Origin: Felis catus
Taxonomy: Eukaryota
Length of the DNA: 64,000 bases
NCBI RefSeq assembly: GCF_018350175.1
Contig: NC_058383.1
Coordinates: forward strand, 21,640,001-21,704,000
Reading direction: 5' to 3'
The position numbers and the translations under genes are program-made. Shown here in pieces: positions 10,951-24,432 of this stretch (its first letter is position 1; the number at the start of each line of letters is the position of its first letter). The notes below the pieces were generated by a model that was given only the letters and a program-made list of their open reading frames with translations, searched no databases and was not told where the DNA came from.

Positions 10951-11669
10951 AAGCCTGAGAATTTTTTTTAATTAAAAATTTCAATGAAACATCTCCCATG
11001 CTTTCACAAACAGAAGGTACCTAAGATGGAACAATGGTAGCCTTCTTGTTCACCCTTAACATTCTGCATGGCTGCGCACAGGGCAGAGGATAGAAAAAAT
11101 TGAAAAGAATTCATTTTGAAATACATTTTCAACGAGCACGGCCAAAAAGTATTGCAAATCATAAGCAGAAAGTATCTCATCTCTACACTCAGCCTTTGGA
11201 AGTCCTACGGGGTGCCCCCCACACAACTTATGGGACAGTGACCGTGTTCATCTAAACAACAGGGGTCCTTCTTGAACTTTGTTCATTTTACATATAATAT
11301 TCAGGGAATTATCTGAAACCTCAGCCGGACATTTTGGATATGCGTCTACATGACTATTCAGTCACTCATGCCGGACAGCATAAAAGTTGCTTGACCGTTA
11401 CTAGATAATCTTATTTGGTAAAATGTAATTTAGATTTGGTGAAGTATATGCAAATCCTTAATAGTTAGCACAGTTCTAAGGAAAGGTAAGAAAATTCACA
11501 ATGATAAAAGAGCAAACCAAGTTACGAATTCAAAGAGCCAGTGAAATCATCCAGTATGATAATACAGGAATACATTTACAATATAAACATTATCTGATTA
11601 TTTACAGTCCTAGTCAATGACCGATCACCACTGTGACAAAATAGCTACCAGGAATTATCAACAACTTAC

Positions 11670-11846
11670 CAGATTTGCTTAACGCTTGAGGACCAACAGA
11701 GCTGGAGCCCCACGTGGACGTGCTGGATGCCGCAGCAACGGGCTCCCCCCAGCTGGGACCACTGTCTATGGGTTTACCCCATGCTGAAGTACCATTATCC
11801 ACAGTTGTGGCTGGAGTAGAAGGCTCCCCCCAGGGCTCACCCCAGC
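11670..11846 (-). CDS. TNRC6A: TNRC6A Ago-hook exon (probably exon 7), 177 nt: (G)[25 protein letters not shown]...ALSKS
   Basis: Acceptor ctaaag|GC; donor CTG|gtaagt; phase 1-1. Confidence 0.96.
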
Positions 11847-13209
11847 CTTTAGAAAGTGTGGGAAAAGAAGTCATCAGCACATGGTAGGGTGGGGCGGTGG
11901 AATAAGGGGCAGCAAGGAATACTTTAGGGAACAAAAGATGAAGACCTTCACATTCACGTATCTAATAATGATGCTGTGATGCGCAAAAACAGATGGCATC
12001 TGTTTTATGCAAAGATGATAAGTCATTTCCCATTATGATAGTTTAGCCAGTGATGTGACTTTTTCCACCTCTTCTTTCCTAACTGCCCTCTGGGTGTAGA
12101 GCAGACTGCTTCCAATAACCCCGATTATGGCAAGTTATCTTCCTTCGAAGACGAACTTAATTCCTGGGAAAGTCAAGTCACTCTGAGCCAAACCTAGTGA
12201 ATTCAAGCGGGTGATCAAGCCGCGTAACAGCGTGTGGATGAAATTTATACCCTAAGGGCAACCTTTCAACATCACTGTTCTGGGATAAACAAAAATGAAC
12301 TGCCAGACTAACAAAAGGTAGGCATCCGATTTTTATACCTGCTGGACAATGCTTCTTAAAAATTCTGAAGTGTTAAGTTGCCCAAAGCAAACCCATCAAC
12401 ATTGTTTAAAAGAACCAAAACAGCCTTTCCCTCAGATACGCACCTGTTTCTTCTAAGAATTAAATTCAAATTAATACAATAAGCTCTACTTGGGAGACTA
12501 ATTAGATGCTGAGAGGTTAGTTTATGAAAACACTGCTATCGCTACGTCCGGTGGGATTATTATTCAATAAAACCTCCATTAACAAAGACAATGCATTCCA
12601 GTGACACTTAATGAAAACCTCATTGTCAAGATAATCTGCAGAGATGGGAATCAGTTCCTTGTTATGGGAGGAAAGTGGAACATACCACCAGAAAAGTATT
12701 ATCAAATGTGTTAAGCACACATACACACTGTGTGTCTAACAGACTTGGATTTCAGGCCTCCTTAAATAAATGTCTTTGAAGGCCAAATACAGCACCTGGT
12801 GTTTAGAGTATTATAGTTGGATGCTTGCTGTATTTCTGGGACTACTGTAGTCAGATAACAAAACCAAGAAGTGACGGCTAGGCTCCGGAGAAGTGGGAAA
12901 TGTACGGCATTCCCACTCGACACCACTTTTCCGACTCTGCCTTCTGAAGCCTTCCTAACAGAGAATGGAGCGCGTGAGGGTCACAACCAGCGCGGCCACC
13001 GGCAGAGCTCCGCTCCCTCATGTTACACACCTTGCCTGTCGCCATCTTCCCTAGAAGCTTCTCCTGCATTAGAGCAGAAAAGCCCCTTGCGTGCACATCC
13101 AACTACTCTGTGAAACAGATCTTAACAGCAGCGGTAAACGGAAACGAGGCTACTGCAGTCCTGGGGGGTGCTGTGTGACACCACCAGACTCGACCCGGTG
13201 GAAACTTAC

Positions 13210-15792
13210 CGGAGCCGCCGCCCGCCTCTTTGCTGGAGATGGCACTTGCAGACGGGAGCAGCTGCTGGACCTGTGCTTGCTGGTCTGAACGGCCGCTGCC
13301 GTTCGGGACGTTTCTGTTCCACATGTTCACATTTTTGTAGTTGTACTTGCTTGGGTCTCCCCAAGCCGAAGTTCCGTCATCAATCTCCATTTTGCGACGT
13401 ATGGATTCCGGGGATGGTTCCTCCCAGCCTGTGGGCTCTTCTTCCTTTGTCGGGGCTGGTATAGGTCCTCCCAGCCAGCCTGTACCGGGAGGTTTGCCTG
13501 TAGCTGGCGGGATCCCCCAGGATCCGACAAGGTCTTGTGGCTTGTTCCAGTCTGGAGAACCGACTGGCTTCGACGAATCTCCCCAACCTAGAGACTGATT
13601 AGACTTTGGAGGATCTCCCCATCCCTGGGAAGGATTAGGTTTAGAAGATTCATCCCATCCTGATGAATTATTTGGATTTATGTTATTTCCCCAAGTAAAA
13701 GAACTAGTTTTACCAAGTTCGTTCCAACCGGAAACGGACCGGTCACTGTCACTACCTCCTGAGCTAGATTTCTTGTTAGCCTCACCCCAATGGTTACTCC
13801 TCGAAGTTTCTCCCCAGTTATCGCTGGTGGACACGGCCCACCCTTGGTTTGATTTTTGCCCGTCACCCCATCCCTGTTTGCTCTTTTGCGAATCATTCCA
13901 CGTGGACTTCTCTTCTTTGCAGTTCCCCCACTGATTGCTCTTGACCGTTCCTGTAGCAGCAGAATCATCTTCCCATCCCCCCTGGCAGTTCGAGCCTTTG
14001 GAATCTCCCCACCGCAGAGCAGGTTTGGGATCTCCCCACCCCGATACAGATGAGGTATCGTTACTAGTAGGGCTAGTCTTATCTACACACGCCCCTGAGT
14101 TAAAAGTCTGTGTGGCAGAGCTTCCCCAGGCCTCTGTCCCATTGTCAGTCTTTCTTTCCCCTCTAGGTGAAGTTTCGGTGTCCCAGGCAGTATTCTGCTT
14201 AATCGGAGTCTGTCCCCAACCAGAGTTGGAGAGGACACGTGGATCCAAGTCAGTCCTGTTCACGATGCTTTGGAGTAATGTGTGCTGATCAATTTTCCTC
14301 CTATCTCTACTCTGACTTTCCCCAGTTGCTTTTTCCTCGAGGCGTCCAGTGCTTTCTGTACTACCTTCACTCTCCACTGTTCCTCCTGTTTTGGCCCACA
14401 CGCTGTTCTGCTCGTTTGTCTGGGATGTGGCAGCACCCTGATCCTCTTCCTCAGTAGATTTCCATCCGTTTGTAAACTTCTTACCATTGCCGTTTGCACT
14501 GTCATTGGAATGCTGATTGCTAGGCAGTTTGCTCCACTCCGCGCCGGGTAGATTAGTGCCAGTGTTTTGTGCGGGAGCTCCCCACCCTCTTCGACTTCCT
14601 CCAGAACTGGCGCCATTCCCGCTTCCCCATGACGCACTCTGGGAACCCGCTGCCCCGGACTCCCACACGCCTCCTCCTTTATTTGCGTTAACTTGAAAGT
14701 TAGTGCCCACAGGCCCATTCATGCCAGGCTGCATTAGAGTTGCATTCACAGTGTCACCATTAGCTTGGCCGTTAGGGCTCGAACATTTGTCTCCAGAGTA
14801 ATTAGAACCATAGGCACCCCACGTAGTACCGTAAGAGCCTCCACTTTTTGACTCTCCATTGCTAAGGTGAGAAAGGGAAGTGCCATTCATAACTGACGGA
14901 GCCTGTATCTGAGGAGGATTCATTGTGCTCACACGCCAGGCCCCTGTATTACTAGGCAGTTCATTATTCTGTACTGAACCGGAGTTTGGTAAACTAGAGG
15001 TCATAAAGTTAGTAGTGTTATTTGGTCCAGTCATTTCAGTGGTAATATTCTGAGGTTGACCACTGAATGAAACCTTCTGTGTACCACTTACTTCAGATTC
15101 ACAAGTTTCCTGAAGGCTTCCCCAGGTACCATGGGTGGCAGAACCACCCACTTTAGAGTTAATACTCTGATTGTTAGGCATCTGGCCTATGGTACTGCAC
15201 TGAATATTGATGCCGGAACTACCGCTCCCTACAGGCCCTTTTAGGGCAAGTCCGTTGTTTTCTAATACTGGCCAGGCACCATGGTTGCTAGCTGGATTCA
15301 AAGTGCTTGGATTTAACCCTCCATTTGATGAAGAACTTACAGTGCCCCAAGCATTCATTCTATTGTTGCTACTTTCTGATTTGCTTTCAGGAGCATCCAC
15401 AGAGACCTGACATGTGCTTATTATGGCTCCATGGGAAAAACCCCATGGCCCAGTACTACCTCCATGGCCCACATTATTGCTGCTGCTACCAACCACAAAC
15501 TTGTTTTGGGAACCAAGTCCAGTGCTATTCCGAAGGCCATCTTTTTCACCACCTGTGTTCCCTGAAGCCATGATAGTGATGTTTCTCTCTGATTCAGAAC
15601 TGGAGACAGAATCAGCATCCATACATTCTGAAGCCAACTCTGGATCACTGCCAGGGACTGAGGGCCATACTTCTTTCTCAGGGGAGTCGTTCACAACAGC
15701 ATTCTTACAATTTGTGCTAGAGTCACTCGGAGAAGACACAGGTCCCCGCTGCGAATTTTCATAATGGGATCCTGAAGTATTGTGGTTTAGAT
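13210..15792 (-). CDS. TNRC6A: TNRC6A giant GW/WG-rich exon (probably exon 6), 2583 nt, Argonaute-binding region
   Basis: Acceptor ctctag|AT; donor CCG|gtaagt; lies within the 948-aa ORF; many GW/WG dipeptides plus [24 protein letters not shown] and [11 protein letters not shown] motifs. Confidence 0.98.
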
Positions 15793-17269
15793 CTAGAGTA
15801 AAGGAGAAGTACAAAAAACACTTAGGAAGGGTCTGAGAAAATGATAAGTACGTTATAAATGTATGTGGTTCCGCAATACTGACAAATACGATACTTGGCA
15901 GTATGGTTACAAAGGCACTGGGTATATGCCAGCCGCCAACGTTTCTCATCCAGTTGTTAATCCCACACGGGAAGGGTATTTTGCTGCTTTGTTCACTGAT
16001 GTTATCCTATAAGCCTAAAGCAGCACCTGGAACATAAGAGCCCCTCTCAATAAATATCTGCTGAATGAACAAACTGTTACCTTATCAGCAAAGAAAAGAA
16101 TTTTGGTGTCAGGAAGGACTAGGTGATAGTAAACGTATTAGCATAATGAGGCAACCCAGGCCTAGAGGCCTGACATGAGAAAGAAGGGGTTGGAAAGTAG
16201 ATGGGTAAGGACAAACAGACAAACTTGATTAAATGTATTAGAAATATACTAGAAATGCCTTCTTGTCTTCCCTTTCTTAGAACAGCTTTTCCACACAACT
16301 GTTTTTGGGTATTATAACATGCTTATAAAAATTACAAAGTCTTTTCCATTATATTTCCATTTCATTAGTGTTTATACTCAACCTGAAATACTGCACACAA
16401 GTCAGCATTATTTTAGTTCCATTCCCCTTCATAAAAATTTAATTTACTTTCACAGCCATGTTTTTTTAGAAGATCACAGAATTGCGATGATTAAAAAATC
16501 AAGGGCAGACACTGGACACTATTAACGACCGAACAGTCATATAATCCTATACTCTTGGCCTCACCGCTGTATCTCATCATCTAGTTATTTTGCCGCAGGT
16601 AGGGGGCAGGCAGTTCTCATGTTTCCAATACCTTCCCAGATTCATTACTCTCATTCGGCGTAAGGATCTGGTAGTTAGAAGTTTCTCAGAGATGCTAACC
16701 TGCATAAGAGGTCTGCATTTAGACTGCCTTTAGGGGGTCGCTTATGTTGTAGTTCTCGACTAGAATGGTAATCAGAATCCTATGTGGTGCTTCTAAATAA
16801 CCCACGGGTTCAAGTCATATCCCAGACCCAATGAGCCAACCGCCAGGGGCTGGAGGCCTAGAAAACAAATATAACTCACTATCAGGATGTTGCTAACGTG
16901 GAAAACCAGGTTCACCTGGTATCATTTTGTCTCAAAGCACAACCTCCAAGCAGCAAAACATTATGAGCTAGAAAAGAGTAGCAGAAAAAAGGACTAAAGA
17001 GAAACCAAAAGCATGTATATAATTCACTAAATACATGAAATTTAAAGTTCTATGAGAGACTCTGGTCTCCGCTCCCTGTTTGAGAGTCAGGTTTTTTCAG
17101 CTGCCAAATCAAGTTTGCCATCTTTCATTGCCTGTGAGAAGGATTTTTGTCACAAAACACAAGACACCGAACAGTCTGTCTCATTGGGCAAAAACAAGCC
17201 AATACACGGACTAGCACCTGCACCGCCGGCAACATCATTCAGTACCACGGGTCATGTGTTTTCTATGCA

Positions 17270-17860
17270 TTTTTGTCACTGACTCCTTGGAACGACCCTA
17301 GAGAGCACAGCTATTACCTTCAACTTTGTAGATGGGGAAATCGAGGCCCAGAGGGTAAGTTATAGCACACGTGAGGAAGAGCGGATTCAGCACTTGGGTA
17401 AAAAAAACTAGGTGGCTAATAACAACACGGCTGGAACTCTAGAGACACAGAGTGAGTTCAAGTCCGGGCTCTATGCAGCAGCTGTATGACCAAGTCTGCA
17501 GACTGGGGACACAAACAGTACCACGCCACCCAGCCGGGAGCTACACTGTCCTGTGTGAAGTATTTAGTTCAACACCAGCTTCGAGTAACTGCTCCACGGA
17601 GTGCCAACTGGGTACAGTGAGTAAGAGCACAGCTCTGTTGCCAGACTGCTTGGACTTAAAAGCTGCCCTGCCATTTACTAGCTGTGTGATCACAGGCAAG
17701 AGGCTCCGTCTTCCTGCAAATTAGTTTCCTCATCTGTAAAGCAGGGACGATAATAATACCCATCACAAATAGCTGGAAGATTGAGTGGTTAATAATTAAA
17801 AGTGCTTTGAACCATACCTGATCCAGAGTAGGTACTTAATAAATGAGGGCGGTTACTATC
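17270..17860. mobile_element. MIR fragments
   Basis: MIR core words gtagatggggaaatcgaggcccagag and agtttcctcatctgtaaa. Confidence 0.7.
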
Positions 17861-18209
17861 ACTAATTAATATATAGTGACGATTACTGGGATTTTTCAGT
17901 CCCGTCTCCAAAGCACATTTTTCACTCCATCACGTCTATCTCAGGAAGAACAAAACTGGAAAGCATACAACAACCTGCTTACTTTAAATCTCTACATAAC
18001 TCACAAAGAATGCTAATTCCTGAATTATTCCCCCACAGGCACTTCCTCTCAAAGGGGGAAAAAAGTTCCCGCTTCTTTATTGCTTTTCTTCATCTCAGTA
18101 AGTTTCCTAAAACCTAAGATTTATCCTTGCTTGCTTCCTGAGCGTGGCAAATCCTAAACACTGCCAAGCCCCAAATCCATCCACATCTCCAAATCTGAAT
18201 AATCAAGCT

Positions 18210-18245
18210 GCCACCACCACCACCACCACCACCACCACCACCACC
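18210..18245. repeat. (CCA)n microsatellite
   Basis: About 11-12 direct CCA units. Confidence 0.95.
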
Positions 18246-18479
18246 CTCATCATCTCAAAGGCTAGAGCAAAAGTAGTTGTTTCCATTCTTTGTTTTTCTA
18301 CAAGCACGTGTTTTCTTGCCACTTCCAAATAGCAGGAGTAAGTAAATAAGATCAAGAATGTTAGACAAAACTACCTAAGCTGAAAATAAATGAACAGACC
18401 TGGAATTTAACACTTAAACAGCAAAAGCATTCCCAGAACGACAGGAAAAAGGGAGGACAGGTGTCGTCAACACTAATAC

Positions 18480-19400
18480 GCAGCCTTGTGCTGGAAGACG
18501 ATCCAGAAAAAAGGTAAGGAGAGCAGACAGGAAACAAAGCAGGTTAACATGTAAAAGCAATGGTTTTCCTATACACCCGAAATAGTCAATGAGAAAATGT
18601 GATTGAAAAAGGATCCTAACTGCAACAGCCACAGAAACTATAAAGCAGCTTGGAATGAAGCTAACAAAAATATTTAGTCATTTATGGTTACATTTGATTG
18701 CAGGCCACAGAAGACAACGTGATTAAATACAGAAACTTGTTCCTGAATAAGAAGATAATAATAATATTCTTTCTTAAAGTTTAATTCAATTAAAAGAAAT
18801 TGCCAACAGGAGTCTGTAACTTGGTTTAAGTGACTTAAAGATTCATGTAGAACATAAGAGAATTCCAAAAAAAATCTCAGGAGTGGGAGAGGGCGGGGGG
18901 AACCGCATGATCATGCAACAGCTAGCCAGTGCTGCACTGCCCGAGTGTCGAAGCTTTAACCGAACAGTAAAAGCAAACCAGAAACAGATCCAAGCATTTG
19001 TGAAATGTTAGCATTTTAAATCAACAGGAGAAAAGGAATATCCAATACTTTAAAAAGATTTCTTGAAATGAGACAAATTTTGTCAAAAATAATTTCATGA
19101 TTGTGTTAAAAGATGAAACCATGAAGTCACCAGTGAATGAGAATTTTTTATACATAAAAAAGTAAAAAAAAACAAAACAACAAAACAACAAAAAAACAAA
19201 AAACCCACAAAACAAAGGACCTAGACCTGACTACTTGCCCCAAATGCGAAGCGTTTTTATGTCAAAATACATCAAAAGCAGCAAGCAAACAAACAAAAAA
19301 ACCCCCCAGCAAACAGCATGATACATTTTGCAAACCAAATTCTATCACCTTTAATGTTAGTAAAAATTTCTCAGAATCTAGTCATGAGCTGGTTTGGAGG
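18480..19400 (+). mobile_element. Probable old L1 fragments
   Basis: A-rich, L1 ORF2-like phrases (ggaatgaagctaacaaaaa, aaagattcatgtagaa). Boundaries approximate. Confidence 0.45.
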
Positions 19401-20436
19401 TGGTGGTGGTCTAAATGTGTCTTTTGCTATATATTTCTATGTATTTTAGGAAAAGTAGAGATCCATCAGCACTTATTAGCTAAAATTCCATTTTTAATCT
19501 GAAAACTATTTGATACTTTCAAAAAAACCTAAAAGAGTATTTTGAAAACTGTTTACCAAGGACCTTTTGGTTATGAAAAACGTGCAGTTTAGACAGAGGT
19601 GGGGAGATCCTCGTCTAATTAAGGTGTAAAAAGAAGAGGGTTCCTCGGCGATTGCAACTAAAACATTTCAGAGACTGAGATTATTTCAGAATTGGGAGAG
19701 GTCAAATTTTTAGTATGTTTCCCTTACAGATAAGGAAACCAAAACCCATCATCACAAATGATCCAGAGGATAAACCCAGAGGAACCTTATTAACAATCCT
19801 GTTAAGTTTTTCCAGGAAACAGCAAGCAACAGCGAGACTGTGAAACCCCGTCTTGGCGTGAGGAAAGGGGACAGTGGAGTTTTACTAAGTGTGGTGCAAA
19901 ACACAAATCTGTACACACGGCAATGATGTGGGCAAACCAAGATCCGTATGACTGTGCTTTAACTGCAGAACACTGGAAATGCAAACTACCACCGGCTCCT
20001 AGTCTCTCAAGGGTGCTGGGGGCAGCTCTAGCATCACATCTCAAGAAGAAAGGTGTCACTTCCTAGAGCCTCTGCACAAAGATCAAAGCGGGCGTGTGCA
20101 GGCAGAGCACAGACTGGCTATAATTCAAGTGATTTGTAAATTAACAGTATAATCTGCTCAGGAAGAATTTAGATTCAAGAAAGTTCATTTACTTTTCTTA
20201 TTAAATATATAGCATATAACAGATTTAACAGTTAAACATGTGCTTTCTGCCTTAAAGACTTCATTCTCACCAGAGGACAAAGTCCTTCAGAAGTAAATAG
20301 TACTTCGGTGTCATAGTATTTCTGGGAAGGATGATGCAGTATCACTGGGAATATGAGAGGCTGACATGCACAATTTCAAACAGCACTCAAGGGACAGAGT
20401 CTAGAACGTTTCTTTCAGTTATTCTGGCCTCTAGTC

Positions 20437-20596
20437 CAGGGGCTGGGAAAACTTTTCCCATGAGGGTCCGATTAGTGAATATTTTAAGTCTTGCCAGTCA
20501 GATGGTCTCTGTGGCAACCACTCTGCCACTGTGGCCTGGAAGCAGGCATAAAAACAATGTGGACATGAGTGGCGTGGCAGTCTTCCAGTAAAACTT
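20437..20596 (+). mobile_element. MER58A-like fragment
   Basis: caggggctgggaaaactttt...ccagtaaaactt, similar to the copy at 68-286. Confidence 0.7.
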
Positions 20597-22449
20597 GACT
20601 GGAATGGGCTGCAAGCCATCCTCTTCTAGATTAAAGAAGACAAAAGCAATACTACCAACCAAATGTGATGCACGGATCATGGCTGGTTTCTGGTTTGAGA
20701 CACGAGGTGAGGCTGCTGGGAGACAACCATAAAAGACAATCTCAGGGGTGCTGCTCCAGACCAGATGGTGAGTGCCTCGATGGGGCCAGTGGTGATGTCC
20801 ATCCCCGGGAGAGAAAAGCTGAGACATGTGGGAGATGAACCAGCAGGACCTGGACAACCAGTGGCCCGTGAGACATGAGTTTAAGATTTCTAGATGACTG
20901 GTGCTGGATGATGGGGATGCCAACCTTCTGAGCAATGGAACCCAGAAAGAGACACTGGAATGTGGCCGGATGAGAAGTTCCATTTTGGACGTGTGGGGTT
21001 TGAGGGGCCTCACATCAGCTGAAGACATCCAGAGGACATGAACCTAAAACTGGGGAGAGATCTGAAGCAAAGCCATGGTGGGGAATAAAACCTGAAAACT
21101 GGTCAAAGAAAAGGGAAAGAATGCAAGAGCTTTCAGGAGGAGGGCGCGATCAACAATAAAAATGTAGGTGTCTATTAAGATAAAAACGGAAAAGCCTGTT
21201 TTTTGCCACAACTAAAACTAAAAATAAGTTAGTCTGGATTTGTCGTTCAGAAGATCAGTGACCTTAGGAAGAGCTATTTTAGTCAAGTGAGCAGGAGCCA
21301 GACTACAGAGGACTGAAGTGATGTATCAGAGAGTACAAATATAGACCACTCTGCGAGACGGTGGAGGAGAGAAATTCTGTGATTCCTCAGGAGACTGGGA
21401 GTTTAAATTTTTCTTAAAAAGACGATACAAGCTTAACCAGGTTTATAGACTAAGGGCGAAGAGGTGCGAATAGAGAGCAAAAAGCAGAAGCTCCGGGACA
21501 GCAAGGACATGAACCACACTGAAAAGGCAGTAAAGAGCACAGGTGGATGGACAATATTTTCATCTTGAAACATCTCTGGAAACCTTAACATTCTCTTTTT
21601 CATTAAAACAGCCCCATTTCTTGGTCATTCCCCATGATAGCTCAAATGACCTTGAGATTTCTTTAAAAAAAAAAAAATTCAAACGTAGTAAAGGCTATGA
21701 AAAGTAATGCAGACAATACCCACATGCCCCTCCCCGTGAGAAATAACTAATACAAAAAAGTCCTGTGCACCCTTCTCTGACCACATCTCCTCCCTTCCCC
21801 AGTGAGACACCGAGGGTAACCACTCAAAATGCTGTATCTGAACTAATCTCTAAGCAATACAGAATGTTGTTTTGCAGGCTTTATATTTTATATAAATGAT
21901 ATCCTACCATAAACAAACAAAATGGCATTCTTGGAAGAACCAGTGGAACTGTGAACACGAACTACATATTACAAGATACTGAACATGTCCCCTCTTTGCG
22001 CAGGGGTGGATCGTGGCATCATGGTTGCACAGGAGACGATCCTTATTCTTGGGGAACTTCCTGTAGCAGTATTAAAGGTGAAGTGTAATGAATTTGCACG
22101 TGTGTGCATACGTATGTACACATGATGGGGAAGTGTACACGTGAAGGCAAGGAGGAAGGTGAGGGAAGGAGGTGTGTATGTGAAGTCAAGGTGGGAAACT
22201 ACTAACAACCGCTGGATCTGGGTGCAGGGTACACGGGGATTTGTTTCTCTATCCGTTTAGCTCTTTGTCAGCTGGATAATAAAACGTGGGTCGGAACACT
22301 TTGGCCCCGTAAGAACAATACTGCTGCCAGCCCTGTTAGGTGCATCAGCGCCGCCCAGATCCTTTATTACCTAAAGGCCTCTAGGTCCCCCAAACTGAAG
22401 TGTTATTTGGGCAGCAGCAAAGCCCGATACCCGAAGGCTCTAAGTCCCT

Positions 22450-22676
22450 TGGCATGGACTGAAAGCATCATGCGTGTTTGAGGCCCGGCCACAAATGGGA
22501 AGCTGGGCACGCAGAGCAGTCTGGTTTGACCAGCGCAGCAGGGTTATAAAGGCTGGCACGGGTATTTCGGAAGGGTACAAAACTCAGTACAGTTGCCCCA
22601 GTTCCCATCACTCTTTCTTATCTTCTACTTCGCTTACTTGCTAGGCCCACGATGGGGCTGAGCTTGTGACCTCTGA
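22450..22676 (+). mobile_element. MER102-like hAT fragment
   Basis: Ends ...ggcccacgatggggctgagcttgtgacctctg, resembling the MER102 terminus. Confidence 0.5.
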
Positions 22677-24384
22677 TTCACGAAGTACCTGTTCTCATCT
22701 AGGTGAGACCCCTGCTCCCTGACTGCACTGAATAAATGAGAAATGAGTTCTGTGAGGACAAGGGAGGTGTATCCAGCACTCCTCACTTTTATCATGAAAA
22801 CTTTAAGCAAATAGCTGCGTATTTATTGTATGTACTGATTAACATGTCAAATCATCTCCATTAACTGCATCTGTTCGGGAAACAAAAATGTCAAACACGG
22901 ATACAAAAATTAAAAGTTAAGATCATGTTCGTACAATTCTGAACTGCATGCGGTTCACGATACCACAGCTTTTGTGTCTGTGGACTACTGCTCAAGCTGT
23001 TTATAACATAGGCTACGCCGCTCCTCACTGATCACTAGCCTAAGCTCGAATCTGTAAAATGAGGCTTAAATGTGTTCGTGAGGTGTGTGCATCGTAGCGA
23101 ACACCCGCTAAAGGTCAGTCATTACTGTTGTAAATACCCCTCAGAGGCCAGGGCAGGCCTGACAGTCTCAGGCGGCTTCCCTGGCTCACAGACACCCGGT
23201 GGTCTCTTACGTGGCTAAAGTTGCTCCTACTCCGAGTAGCGCCTACAAAGATGTTTTAATGTAAACATGTGACATATGCTGGTAAGGGGGGTTCCCAAAT
23301 GTTTTCAAAACAGATAAAAGCACAAGTCTGGTTTCTCTGCAGAGCACTCTGCCTTTGTCATTCACAAGCCTCCGGGCTCAGCCAGACTGCCGACTGCCGC
23401 ACCCTCCTGGCTTCCGGCTCCACCTCCACATTAACGCAGTGCCCCCTCGGAAAGTCCTTGGAGAAACACGCAGGATACTTTTCCTTTTCAGCCTCTGTTG
23501 AAGATTTCTTCCTATGCTCACATAGGCCTTCTTTTCATCTGAATGCACATCTGTCATACTTGGGGATTTCTGACCACTACCCACTTTTGAGAAAAACACT
23601 TACACTCCTATTGGTCCATTTCAAAAACACCTTTGTTCTTTCATTTCCCAAACTGAAAAAGCGTATTCGACATTATACCATTTTCTAAATTTACTGGCCC
23701 ACTTCCCTGTTTGTTTTGTGAACTCCGATGCCACCAGTTTGGTGTGTAGGTACTCGAGCACGTGTTGTGTGAGTAGCCTCTCCTAAGGTTTCAACCACAC
23801 TTTTAGAAAACATGCTGATGACTCAATACATCTGTTCCCAATCTGATTTCTCAGATGAACTTCACACCAAATTAACTGCTTGGCATCATATATAATGTCT
23901 AAACCAGACTCTTCTTCCTGAAAAGTACAAGTTCTTCTGTAAAAGTTTTGGGGAAGATAATTCATTCAGCACCTAAACATTAGGCGCCAAGCTACATGCT
24001 TAAAACACATCGCACGGTTTAATCCTCAAAGCAACCATATAGGTTGGGCATTAATGTCCGTACTAACAGATAAGGAGAAGGTCCAAGTAAGTTAAGTGAT
24101 TGGGCAAGCCCACACAAGGGAGTTAAGTGGCTGGGGTGTGGGGGGAGGGACGGTAGTAATTTACGTTTGCATCCTTTCCAATACTAATGTGCTGCTCTGA
24201 TCACCTATGCCAGAAAGATCCCATCTGGGTCCTCTTCCTCCTTCCCCACCACCGTGCAGTATGGTGCCCAAATACAGCACGGCTGTCAGGAGCACAGCTC
24301 TGGAGCTGGAACTTGAGCTCTGCCCCTCATTAGCTGGGAGACATGGTAACATGGCGTGCAGAGGAGTTCCTGGTGTACACAGGA

Positions 24385-24390
<6 letters not shown>

Positions 24391-24430
<40 letters not shown>
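24391..24430. repeat. (AG)n microsatellite
   Basis: About 20 perfect units. Confidence 0.97.

Positions 24431-24432
<2 letters not shown>

Noticed and set aside
13103..15949. 948-aa ORF as a standalone intronless gene
   Set aside because: It is the 2583-nt exon plus open intronic flanks; similarity to TNRC6A stops at the AG (15793-15794) and GT (13208-13209) sites.
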